Part shown: positions 7,498 to 14,825 of the stretch, in pieces
Layout of the letters: every line of letters starts with the position of its first letter
Numbering within the stretch: the first letter of the stretch is position 1
DNA from: Bacilli bacterium
GTDB lineage: Bacteria > Bacillota_I > Bacilli_A > RF39 > UBA660
Direction: 5' to 3'
DNA: 35,583 bases
Assembly (NCBI GenBank): GCA_900766325.1
Contig: CAAFVA010000063.1
Span: 1 to 35,583 of the forward strand
Program-made: the position numbers and the translations under genes
The notes under the pieces: generated by a model
The model's database searches: none
Told to the model about the DNA's origin: nothing
The model's input: the letters and a program-made list of their open reading frames with translations, nothing else

Positions 7498-8054
7498 ACA
7501 TCGTCTTTTTTCATAACGTAGCTATCTAATTTATCTGGATAGTTATTGTCTTCGCATTCAAACTCATAAATTACGTTATCATCATATTCTTTATACGTTA
7601 TATTGTAATCTTTTAGAATGTAATTTACGTTTTTAATATCGTTATAAGAAAATACTATTCTTTTTTTTATAATCTTTTTATACGGTATGATGTTATCATC
7701 TTTTAATGCATTTGTAACGGATGATGAGTATGCTCTAACAAGTCCTCCTTTACCTAGTTTAACGCCACCGAAATATCTTATTACCACTACCAAAATATTA
7801 TTTAACCTTTTATTTTCAATCACGTTTAAAATTGGTATACCGGCAGTATGACTTGGTTCGTTATCATCATTAAATCTTTTAACATTATTAATAACGTAAG
7901 CGTAACAGTAATGCGTTGCGTCTTTATATTCAGATTTAATGTTATTTAGAATTTGTTTTACTTCTAAAACTGATTTAATTTTATAAATGCATGTTATGAA
8001 TCTCGACTTATTAACGATCATTTCGTTTTTTACGTTTTCTTTTATCGTGAACAT
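7494..8054 (-). CDS. yigZ: YigZ/IMPACT-family (UPF0029) protein
   Basis: Family signature DDNEPSHTAGIPIL (consensus DDGEP.GTAG.P.L) and RYFGG.KLG..GL..AY. Its stop codon overlaps the stop of the convergent S51 gene. Confidence 0.8.
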   Translation of the reverse strand: MFTIKENVKNEMIVNKSRFITCIYKIKSVLEVKQILNNIKSEYKDATHYCYAYVINNVKRFNDDNEPSHTAGIPILNVIENKRLNNILVVVIRYFGGVKLGKGGLVRAYSSSVTNALKDDNIIPYKKIIKKRIVFSYNDIKNVNYILKDYNITYKEYDDNVIYEFECEDNNYPDKLDSYVMKKDDV

Positions 8055-8086
8055 TTATTAATCACCGAAAATATTATAAATCATTA

Positions 8087-8115
8087 TTGTAGCTTTTTCA
8101 AATATATTATATAAT
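8087..8115 (+). promoter_or_regulatory. SigmaA-type promoter of murE
   Basis: TTGTAG, a 17-nt spacer, then TATAAT, about 30 nt upstream of ATG 8146. Confidence 0.55.
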
Positions 8116-8145
8116 GGTTATGTTATAAAAAGTTGGTGATGATGT

Positions 8146-9543
8146 ATGGTTAATATAAGAACTGATTCTAGAAAGGTAAAGCCTGGTGATATATTTGTAG
8201 CACTTCGTGGTATCGTGGGTGATGGACATGATTTTATACCTCAAGCGATTAAAAATGGAGCTACTAAAATTATTGCGGAGGAAGGAAAGTATCAGGTAGA
8301 CTATGAGATAGTAGACGATACCAGGGAATATTTAAATGAATATTTAAGAAAACATTATAATAAATACTTAGAGGAAATGCACATAATAGGTATTACTGGT
8401 ACAAATGGTAAAACAACTACGGCATATTTAATTTATGATGCGTTAAATAAACTTGATAAAAAGTGTTGCTACATGGGTACTATTGGTTATTTTAGGGATA
8501 AAAAAATATTTGATATGCCAAATACTACTCCCGAGGTATCGGAAATTTACGACATGTTAATAAGTGCGTATGATGAGGGATATCGTTATGCGGTTGTTGA
8601 AGCTTCAAGTGAAGGTTTACTTCATAGAAGATTGGAGAACGTGCCTTTTGAGTATGCGATTTACACCAATTTAACACAAGATCATTTAAACATTCATAAA
8701 ACAATGGAAAATTATGCTAGGTGTAAACAAAAATTATTTAATCAAATAAGGCCAGGGGGTAAAGCGATAGTTAATTATGATGATGCTAACAAGAACTTAT
8801 TTTTATTAGATTATAATACTAATGTAACGTATGGGTTTACCGGTGGTGATTATAAAGTAACCGACTACCAGATGAGTATCATGGGAACTAGTTTTACTTT
8901 TATACATGATGCTGTTAAGCAAAACATAAAGGTTCCTTTAATTGGTAAGTATAACATATATAATGTTTTAACTACCATAATAGTACTATCAGAACTAGGT
9001 TTAACATATTCTACTATTTATGATGTTATGTTACATATCAACTCTCCAGCGGGTCGGATGGACATGATTGAGTATAAAAACAACAGGATAATAATTGATT
9101 ATGCTCATACTCCAGATGCGGTTCAAAACGTAATTAGTACCGTAAGAGAAGTTTGTGATGGACACGTTTATACGGTGTTTGGTTGCACCGGTGATAGAGA
9201 TAGGACCAAAAGACCAATCATGACCAAGATAGTTACGGATTTAAGTGATAAGGCTATTATTACTTGTGATGACGTGCATAACGAAGATCCAAACCAAATC
9301 GTGAATGACATGATTAATGGACTTATAAACACTAATTATGAAATTGAATTAGATAGAAAAAAAGCAATTATAAAAGGGATAAAAATGCTTGATACGAATG
9401 ATGCTTTACTTGTTCTTGGTAAGGGTCATGAAGAAGTTATGATTGTTAAGGACAACAAAAGGATACCTTTTAATGATAAAAAAACAGTTCTTGAATATTT
9501 AGAGACTAAAAACGTTGTTAAAATAGAAAAAATAGATGATTAA
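8146..9543 (+). CDS. murE: UDP-N-acetylmuramoyl-L-alanyl-D-glutamate--amino acid ligase (MurE); third-position specificity uncertain
   Basis: DSRKVKPGDIFVAL..G...DGHDF N-terminus, P-loop GITGTNGKTTT, DYAHTPDA, and GCTGDRDRTKRP. The DNPR motif position instead reads DDVH. Confidence 0.88.
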   Translation: MVNIRTDSRKVKPGDIFVALRGIVGDGHDFIPQAIKNGATKIIAEEGKYQVDYEIVDDTREYLNEYLRKHYNKYLEEMHIIGITGTNGKTTTAYLIYDALNKLDKKCCYMGTIGYFRDKKIFDMPNTTPEVSEIYDMLISAYDEGYRYAVVEASSEGLLHRRLENVPFEYAIYTNLTQDHLNIHKTMENYARCKQKLFNQIRPGGKAIVNYDDANKNLFLLDYNTNVTYGFTGGDYKVTDYQMSIMGTSFTFIHDAVKQNIKVPLIGKYNIYNVLTTIIVLSELGLTYSTIYDVMLHINSPAGRMDMIEYKNNRIIIDYAHTPDAVQNVISTVREVCDGHVYTVFGCTGDRDRTKRPIMTKIVTDLSDKAIITCDDVHNEDPNQIVNDMINGLINTNYEIELDRKKAIIKGIKMLDTNDALLVLGKGHEEVMIVKDNKRIPFNDKKTVLEYLETKNVVKIEKIDD

Positions 9544-9597
9544 TAAATTATATTAAAAATTACTAAAATAAAATAATAGTTAAAAGTGTAATGTTAG

Positions 9598-9632
9598 AAA
9601 AAGAAATTTTGTTAAGCAAATTTCTTTTTTTG
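9598..9632 (+). terminator. Rho-independent terminator after murE
   Basis: AGAAATTT-(8-nt loop)-AAATTTCT hairpin followed by T6. Confidence 0.7.
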
Positions 9633-9667
9633 CTTATAAAGGTAAGTAAAAATTGAAATTAGATAAT

Positions 9668-9696
9668 TTGCAGGCACAAAAAATAAATGGTAATAT
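9668..9696 (+). promoter_or_regulatory. SigmaA-type promoter of the Rpn-like gene
   Basis: TTGCAG, a 17-nt spacer, then TAATAT, about 20 nt upstream of ATG 9718. Confidence 0.5.
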
Positions 9697-9717
9697 GCGA
9701 TAGAAAGGAAAAAAATA

Positions 9718-10605
9718 ATGATAGAAAAACAAAATAAAATAATACCAATGATGAGTGATGCGGTATTTAAAAGTGTCTTGCAAGACAAATTATCAGAAGG
9801 ATATTTAGTAGATATAATAAGTAACATAACAAAAATTCCAAAAGAAAAAATAAAGGGTAACATAAAGTTTAGAAATAGTGAATTATCCAAAAACAAAGTA
9901 AAAGAAAAAGGTAAGGTAGCGGACTTAATAATAGAGTTACAGGATAAAATAATAAATTTGGAAATGAATAAATCTTATTATGATGGGTTGTTCGAAAAAA
10001 ATGATAGGTACGTAAATAAAATAGTAGACGGGAACACAAGGATAGGAGAAAGTTATAACGGAAGACGAAAGGTGATTCAAATAAACTTTGATAACTTTGA
10101 GATATTTGATGAAAGAATAGTAATAAAATTTAGAATGATGGATGATGAAAGAGGATTAATAAGAAGTAATTACGTTTATAATACGGATGTAGAAATATAT
10201 CATGTAAACTTGAAAAGGATAAAAGAAATGTATTATAATGGAACTAAGTTGAATACGTTTGAAAGGGAGCTATTACTAATGACTTTAGATAATAAAGAAG
10301 AGTTAAAAATGGTGGCAAAGGGTAATAAAAATATGGAACAAGTAGAAAAAAAGATAAGTAGTTTAAGTGAGGAAGAACAGATGCAAGGTATATACATAAA
10401 AGAAGAACAAGATGCGTGGGTAAAAGACATGATAATGGGATATGCATCAAGAAAAGGATACGACGAAGGCATGGAACAAGGTACTTTGGATGGAAAAAAA
10501 CAAGTTGCTATAAACATGATCAAAAACAATATGGATGATAATTTGATACTCAAGTTAACTGGATTAAGTAAAGAAGATATAAAAGATTTAAAAAATCTAG
10601 GATAA
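9718..10605 (+). CDS. Rpn-family recombination-promoting nuclease / putative transposase (PD-(D/E)XK, YhgA-like)
   Basis: N-terminal D.VFK..L motif (SDAVFKSVL). A PD-(D/E)XK-like core is present (KVADLIIEL...IINLEMNK). The C-terminal module (EQGTLDGKKQVAINMIKNNMDDNLILKLTGLSKEDIKDL) is typical of the TIGR01784/Rpn family. Confidence 0.7.
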   Translation: MIEKQNKIIPMMSDAVFKSVLQDKLSEGYLVDIISNITKIPKEKIKGNIKFRNSELSKNKVKEKGKVADLIIELQDKIINLEMNKSYYDGLFEKNDRYVNKIVDGNTRIGESYNGRRKVIQINFDNFEIFDERIVIKFRMMDDERGLIRSNYVYNTDVEIYHVNLKRIKEMYYNGTKLNTFERELLLMTLDNKEELKMVAKGNKNMEQVEKKISSLSEEEQMQGIYIKEEQDAWVKDMIMGYASRKGYDEGMEQGTLDGKKQVAINMIKNNMDDNLILKLTGLSKEDIKDLKNLG

Positions 10606-10616
10606 CTTTCTTTTTG

Positions 10617-10625
10617 TGTTATAAT
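10617..10625 (+). promoter_or_regulatory. Extended -10 promoter element (TGtTATAAT) immediately upstream of uvrC
   Basis: Exact TGnTATAAT, but it ends only about 17 nt before ATG 10643. Its use would give a very short leader, which lowers confidence. Confidence 0.35.
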
Positions 10626-10642
10626 ACCAGTAGGTGATTTCC

Positions 10643-12409
10643 ATGGATAAAATTAGTGAAAAACTGAGGCTTTTAACTACCGAACCGGGATGTTATTTAA
10701 TGAAGGATGATACTGGTAAAATTATATATGTTGGTAAGGCTAAAAACTTAAAGAGAAGGGTATCTTCTTATTTTAATAGGGAACATACTGGTAAAACTAA
10801 GGCGCTTGTTTCAAACATCAAAGACTTTGAATACATCGTAACCGAAAGCGAAGTAGAATCGTTATTGCTAGAGATAAATTTAATTAAAAAATACTCTCCT
10901 AAATATAATATTTTACTTAAGGATAATAAATCTTATCCTTATATAGAGATAACCAATGAAACTTATCCAAGGCTTATAATTTCAAGACCAAGGAACTTAA
11001 AAAAACATAAGGGTAAATTATTTGGCCCATATCCAAACGCACAAGCCGCTAGAAAAACAGCTGAATTATTGAACCGTATTTATCCTTTTAGGAAATGCCA
11101 CACTATGGATAAAAAAGTTTGTTTATATTATCATATAGGGCAGTGTCTTGGATATTGTGAAAAAAGTGTTGATAAAAGCAAAGTTAAAAAGATGGTAGAT
11201 GAAGTAACAAGTTTTTTAAAAGGAAATTATGATGAGGTTAGAAAAAAAATAAAAGACTTAATGTATGAGGCATCAAACAATTTGAATTTTGAAAGAGCAA
11301 TAGAATATAAAGAGATGTTAGAATACATTGATAAGGTACTTGAAAAACAAAAAATAAGTTTAAACGATAACGTAACAAGAGACGTTATAAACTATTATGT
11401 TAAAAATGATTATGTTTCCTTTCAAGTTCTTCATTTAAGAGATGGTAGAATAAACATGCGGGACGGGGAGGTTTTTCCGTTAATTGACGACGCTAGTGAT
11501 TTTATTTCTTATTATGTTACTAGTTTTTATGATAAACATGAAGTGCCGAAAGAAATTTTAGTTGGTAAAGACTTTGATTCTGAACTTTTATCTAAGGTTT
11601 TGAATACCAAGGTGTTAATTCCTCAAAAGGGAATCAAAAAAAAGCTTATTAATATGGCTTATGAAAATGCTAAAATAGTACTTGACGAACGTTTTGAACT
11701 TATAGTAAGAGATGAAAAAAGAACGTTTGATGCTAATGAAGCGTTAGGTAAGTTAATTGGAATTCCTAATTTAAAAAGGATTGAAACTTTTGATAACGCT
11801 CATCTTTTTGGTACGTACACGGTATCAGCAATGGTAGTTTTCATAAACGGGAAACCTGATAAAAAAGAATATCGTAAGTATAAAATAACATCAGGATCTA
11901 AGGACGATTACCATACGATGCAAGAGGTTATATACCGAAGGTATTACCGGGTTTTACATGATAAGTTAGAAAAACCAGATCTTATTATAGTTGATGGTGG
12001 AATAATTCAGGTTAACGCTGCTAAAGAAGTGCTTGATAGTTTGTATTTAGATATTCCGGTACTCGGATTAAAGAAAAATGATAAACATACAACAACGGCT
12101 TTAATAAGTCAAGATAAAGAATACGAAATTGATAAAACATCAGACGTGTTTCATTTGCTAACTAGGATTCAAGATGAGGTGCATAGATTTACAATTAATT
12201 ATCATAAAGAAATAAGAAGTAAAGGAAGCTTATCGAGTATTTTAGATAACGTTTTGGGAATCGGAGAAAAAAGAAAAAACGAGTTGTTAAAAAAGTATAA
12301 AACGATTACTAAGCTTAAGAGCTTAAGCAAAGAAGAATTAGAAAATGATTTACCTTCTTCAGTTGCTTTAGAACTTTATAACTTTTTACAAGAATATCAA
12401 AAAGATTAG
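10643..12409 (+). CDS. uvrC: Excinuclease ABC subunit C
   Basis: GIY-YIG domain (PGCYLMKD..GKIIYVGKAKNLKRRVSSYF), UVR domain, RNase H-like endonuclease domain and C-terminal (HhH)2. ATG 10643 is preferred over the track GTG 10634 (RBS AGGTGA; compare the B. subtilis N-terminus). Confidence 0.95.
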   Translation: MDKISEKLRLLTTEPGCYLMKDDTGKIIYVGKAKNLKRRVSSYFNREHTGKTKALVSNIKDFEYIVTESEVESLLLEINLIKKYSPKYNILLKDNKSYPYIEITNETYPRLIISRPRNLKKHKGKLFGPYPNAQAARKTAELLNRIYPFRKCHTMDKKVCLYYHIGQCLGYCEKSVDKSKVKKMVDEVTSFLKGNYDEVRKKIKDLMYEASNNLNFERAIEYKEMLEYIDKVLEKQKISLNDNVTRDVINYYVKNDYVSFQVLHLRDGRINMRDGEVFPLIDDASDFISYYVTSFYDKHEVPKEILVGKDFDSELLSKVLNTKVLIPQKGIKKKLINMAYENAKIVLDERFELIVRDEKRTFDANEALGKLIGIPNLKRIETFDNAHLFGTYTVSAMVVFINGKPDKKEYRKYKITSGSKDDYHTMQEVIYRRYYRVLHDKLEKPDLIIVDGGIIQVNAAKEVLDSLYLDIPVLGLKKNDKHTTTALISQDKEYEIDKTSDVFHLLTRIQDEVHRFTINYHKEIRSKGSLSSILDNVLGIGEKRKNELLKKYKTITKLKSLSKEELENDLPSSVALELYNFLQEYQKD

Positions 12410-12431
12410 ACAAAAAGTCTAATTTTTTTTA
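12405..12431 (+). terminator. Rho-independent terminator after uvrC
   Basis: TTAGAC-aaaaa-GTCTAA hairpin overlaps the stop codon and is followed by T8. Confidence 0.7.
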
Positions 12432-12488
12432 ATATTTACGAGGGTTATTAACGTCTTTGTTTAATAATTAAAGTGAAAGGAGGAAAAA

Positions 12489-13646
12489 ATGAGAAAATTT
12501 TTATGTTTAATTTTAGTTTTTCTAGTAGTCACTGGTTGTAAAAATGATAATGATAAAGAAGATGAAATTACGCTTAGCTATAAAGAAAAAAAGAGCTATT
12601 ACGTAAGTTTAGTAAATAATGTTAGCCATGATGATTATTATAAAACGATAAGTAAAAGTGATGGGACCACTAATCCAGTACCGACTTATAAAGAAGATGA
12701 AACTATTTCTTACAGCGCGCCTTTAGTAGAAGATGATGCCTCTTTAAGTGATGCGAATGCTACGTTAAAAGATACTTCTTTAAACGAAGCAAGTGATTTA
12801 GCCAGTAACGATGATAACGTAAAAGAAGAGGAAAAAACGGAAGTTGCCACTCAAGAAATACCAAACGAAGTGCAAATCGAAGATTCATCTTTAACATTAA
12901 AAGATGAAAACGTAAGTAGTACCACTAATATTAGCGATGAATCACCCGTTGATGAAACGCTATTAGAAACTGGCACAGAACACGTTAATAATAATGAAAC
13001 TAATAGTATGAGTGGTTATTATAGTCCTAGTGGTAAATATTTAGGTGAACATAACGTAAAAGTAATCGATGTTAGTTATTATCAAGGTGATATTAATTGG
13101 GATTTGTTTGTAAGTGAAAGTGACTGTTACGGGGTAATATTAAGGCTTGGATATTATGATACCTTAGATAAAAAGTTTGAAAGGAACATAAATGAAGTAA
13201 AAAGATTAAATATACCATACGGAATATACTTATTTAGTTATTCTACAACTTTAACGGGTGCTAAAAAAGAAGCATTATTTACTAATCAAATGATTGATAA
13301 GTATGATTTAAATCCAACTTTAGGTATATATTATGACATAGAGTCTTGGTCATCTTCTAACGGTAGTTCATCAAACGAAATATCAAAGGATATGTATGAT
13401 AAGATAGTTAGTACGTACGTAAATGAAGTAAGTAATCATGTTAATAATAATTATAAAGTGAAGGTTTATTCTGGAAGATGGTACGCTATGAACCGTTTGG
13501 GAGAAACATCTAAAAGTTATGTTGACTGGGTAGCAGAATATAATAGTACTTGTAAATATGATGGTTCATACTCAATGTGGCAGTATACTTCAAAGGGTAG
13601 TGTTCCAGGAATAGAAGGTAACGTAGATATTAGTTATATATTGTAA
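12489..13646 (+). CDS. Lipoprotein with C-terminal GH25 muramidase (lysozyme) domain
   Basis: Lipobox LVVTG|C at residues 13-17, then a long acidic S/T/E/D-rich linker. GH25 motifs follow: KVIDVSYYQGDINWD, GVILRLGY, GIYLFSY and a DISY end. Confidence 0.8.
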   Translation: MRKFLCLILVFLVVTGCKNDNDKEDEITLSYKEKKSYYVSLVNNVSHDDYYKTISKSDGTTNPVPTYKEDETISYSAPLVEDDASLSDANATLKDTSLNEASDLASNDDNVKEEEKTEVATQEIPNEVQIEDSSLTLKDENVSSTTNISDESPVDETLLETGTEHVNNNETNSMSGYYSPSGKYLGEHNVKVIDVSYYQGDINWDLFVSESDCYGVILRLGYYDTLDKKFERNINEVKRLNIPYGIYLFSYSTTLTGAKKEALFTNQMIDKYDLNPTLGIYYDIESWSSSNGSSSNEISKDMYDKIVSTYVNEVSNHVNNNYKVKVYSGRWYAMNRLGETSKSYVDWVAEYNSTCKYDGSYSMWQYTSKGSVPGIEGNVDISYIL

Positions 13647-13708
13647 AAAAATAATACTTTAACTTTTTACAAAAATTTACATCTTGTTTTCCACAATTGA
13701 TAAAAATA

Positions 13709-13737
13709 TTGACCGAGGGGGGGGTATATGATATTAT
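13709..13737 (+). promoter_or_regulatory. SigmaA-type promoter of TasA-like paralog 2, with a G8 tract in the spacer
   Basis: TTGACC (13709-13714), a 17-nt spacer, then TATTAT (13732-13737). The spacer contains GGGGGGGG at 13717-13724. Confidence 0.55.
13717..13724. repeat. Homopolymeric G8 tract
   Basis: Eight consecutive G in an AT-rich intergenic region, between the putative -35 and -10 hexamers. Confidence 0.95.
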
Positions 13738-13769
13738 AAACATGTAAAATAAAGTAGTGGAGGTAACTT

Positions 13770-14372
13770 ATGAACAAGAAAAAAGGAATAATAATAGGTG
13801 CGGTTTTATTTATCTTGGCGGTAGCGGTAGGCTATGCATTATTTTCAGATACACTAACAATAAATGGAACGGCAACAGCAAAAGGAGAGTTTGAGCTTAC
13901 ATACTTGTGTGATAAAGATGAAGGTGATGGACAAGGAGAGTGCAATGTTTCTGGTAATACGATTACAACAACAAGTACTTTATCAAAGCCAAATGAGTCG
14001 GTAACTTATGCCGTTACAGTAACAAACACTGGAAGTATACCAGCAGTATTAAAAACTGTTACATCGCCTAATAATAAAGATATATCGAGTCCTACTCTTG
14101 AAGATGGAGATTCTGGATATCTTGATACTACAACAATGCTTGCAGCTTATTATGGTGTTGTAGTTGATTTTTCTTCCGGTACTCCTATAATTGGAGATGC
14201 AGCCGTTGAAGATGCAAACATCGTGATAGAACCAGGAGATTCTATTAGTATAGCAATTGTTCATGGTTGGTTTGATTCATCACAATTTAGCATGGAGCAG
14301 CCAGCAATTCCAGCTGAGGGAGCAAAGATAAATTATAACCTAACCTTTGGGTTTGAGCAAAAGACAAATTAA
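13770..14372 (+). CDS. Secreted TasA/camelysin-like protein with SipW-type signal peptide, paralog 2
   Basis: GGAGG RBS. MNKKKGIIIGAVLFILAVAVGYALFSDTLTINGTATAKGEF is near-identical in pattern to the 196 gene. The core contains SVTYAVTVTNTGSIPAVL. Confidence 0.65.
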   Translation: MNKKKGIIIGAVLFILAVAVGYALFSDTLTINGTATAKGEFELTYLCDKDEGDGQGECNVSGNTITTTSTLSKPNESVTYAVTVTNTGSIPAVLKTVTSPNNKDISSPTLEDGDSGYLDTTTMLAAYYGVVVDFSSGTPIIGDAAVEDANIVIEPGDSISIAIVHGWFDSSQFSMEQPAIPAEGAKINYNLTFGFEQKTN

Positions 14373-14400
14373 GAGCTTTAAAAAAAGGCTCTTTTTGTTT
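14371..14400 (+). terminator. Rho-independent terminator after paralog 2
   Basis: AGAGCTTT / AAAGGCTCT imperfect hairpin followed by TTTTTGTTTTT. Confidence 0.6.
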
Positions 14401-14411
14401 TTATAATAAAT

Positions 14412-14440
14412 AAAAAAAGAGAATTTTTTTCTCTTTTTTT
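14412..14440 (-). terminator. Rho-independent terminator of the minus-strand small gene
   Basis: AGAGAA-ttttt-TTCTCT hairpin flanked by A and T runs. Read on the minus strand, it follows the stop codon and precedes a T-run. Confidence 0.6.
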
Positions 14441-14681
14441 AAAACCATCTTCTTGGAGGATATGGTCTAGGTGGCATAGGTGGGTATGGGTAGTATGTTG
14501 GTGGTCTCCAAAAATTTGGTGCAAGGGCTGCTCCTGTTACTCCTCCTAATAAAAATGGGAATACAAAGCTTCCAGCTAATCGTTCATCACCACTATTATT
14601 ACTTAGTGTGTTATAATTAGGTATGTAATAGCCAAAATTGCTTTGCATGTTACTATTTGGAGCTTGATATCCTTGATTCAT
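14439..14681 (-). CDS. Small (80 aa) N/Q/Y-rich and P/Y-rich protein with a central glycine-rich hydrophobic segment; function unknown
   Basis: Strong RBS (GGAAGGTGA, 7 nt before the ATG) and its own terminator. The C-terminus is PPTYYPYPPMPPRPYPPRRWF. Confidence 0.6.
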   Translation of the reverse strand: MNQGYQAPNSNMQSNFGYYIPNYNTLSNNSGDERLAGSFVFPFLLGGVTGAALAPNFWRPPTYYPYPPMPPRPYPPRRWF

Positions 14682-14778
14682 TTTTAATCACCTTCCTCTA
14701 AAGTAGTATATGTTTTTTTTAATAAAGTGATATAAGCATAATAAGTGATTGTTTATGGTTTATGTTTGATATTATCCG

Positions 14779-14787
14779 TGATATAAT
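14779..14787 (+). promoter_or_regulatory. Extended -10 promoter element (TGaTATAAT) upstream of mutL
   Basis: Exact TGnTATAAT lies about 40 nt upstream of the TTG start at 14826. Confidence 0.45.
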
Positions 14788-14825
14788 TACAGTGGTAACG
14801 AATGTTAATAGTAGGAGTGATTTGA

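Noticed and set aside
10571-10600. Short hairpin AGATTT-aaaa-AAATCT at the 3' end of the Rpn-like gene, as a potential terminator.
   Set aside because: It lies inside the coding sequence, the stem is 6 bp of A/T-rich pairs, and no T-run follows.
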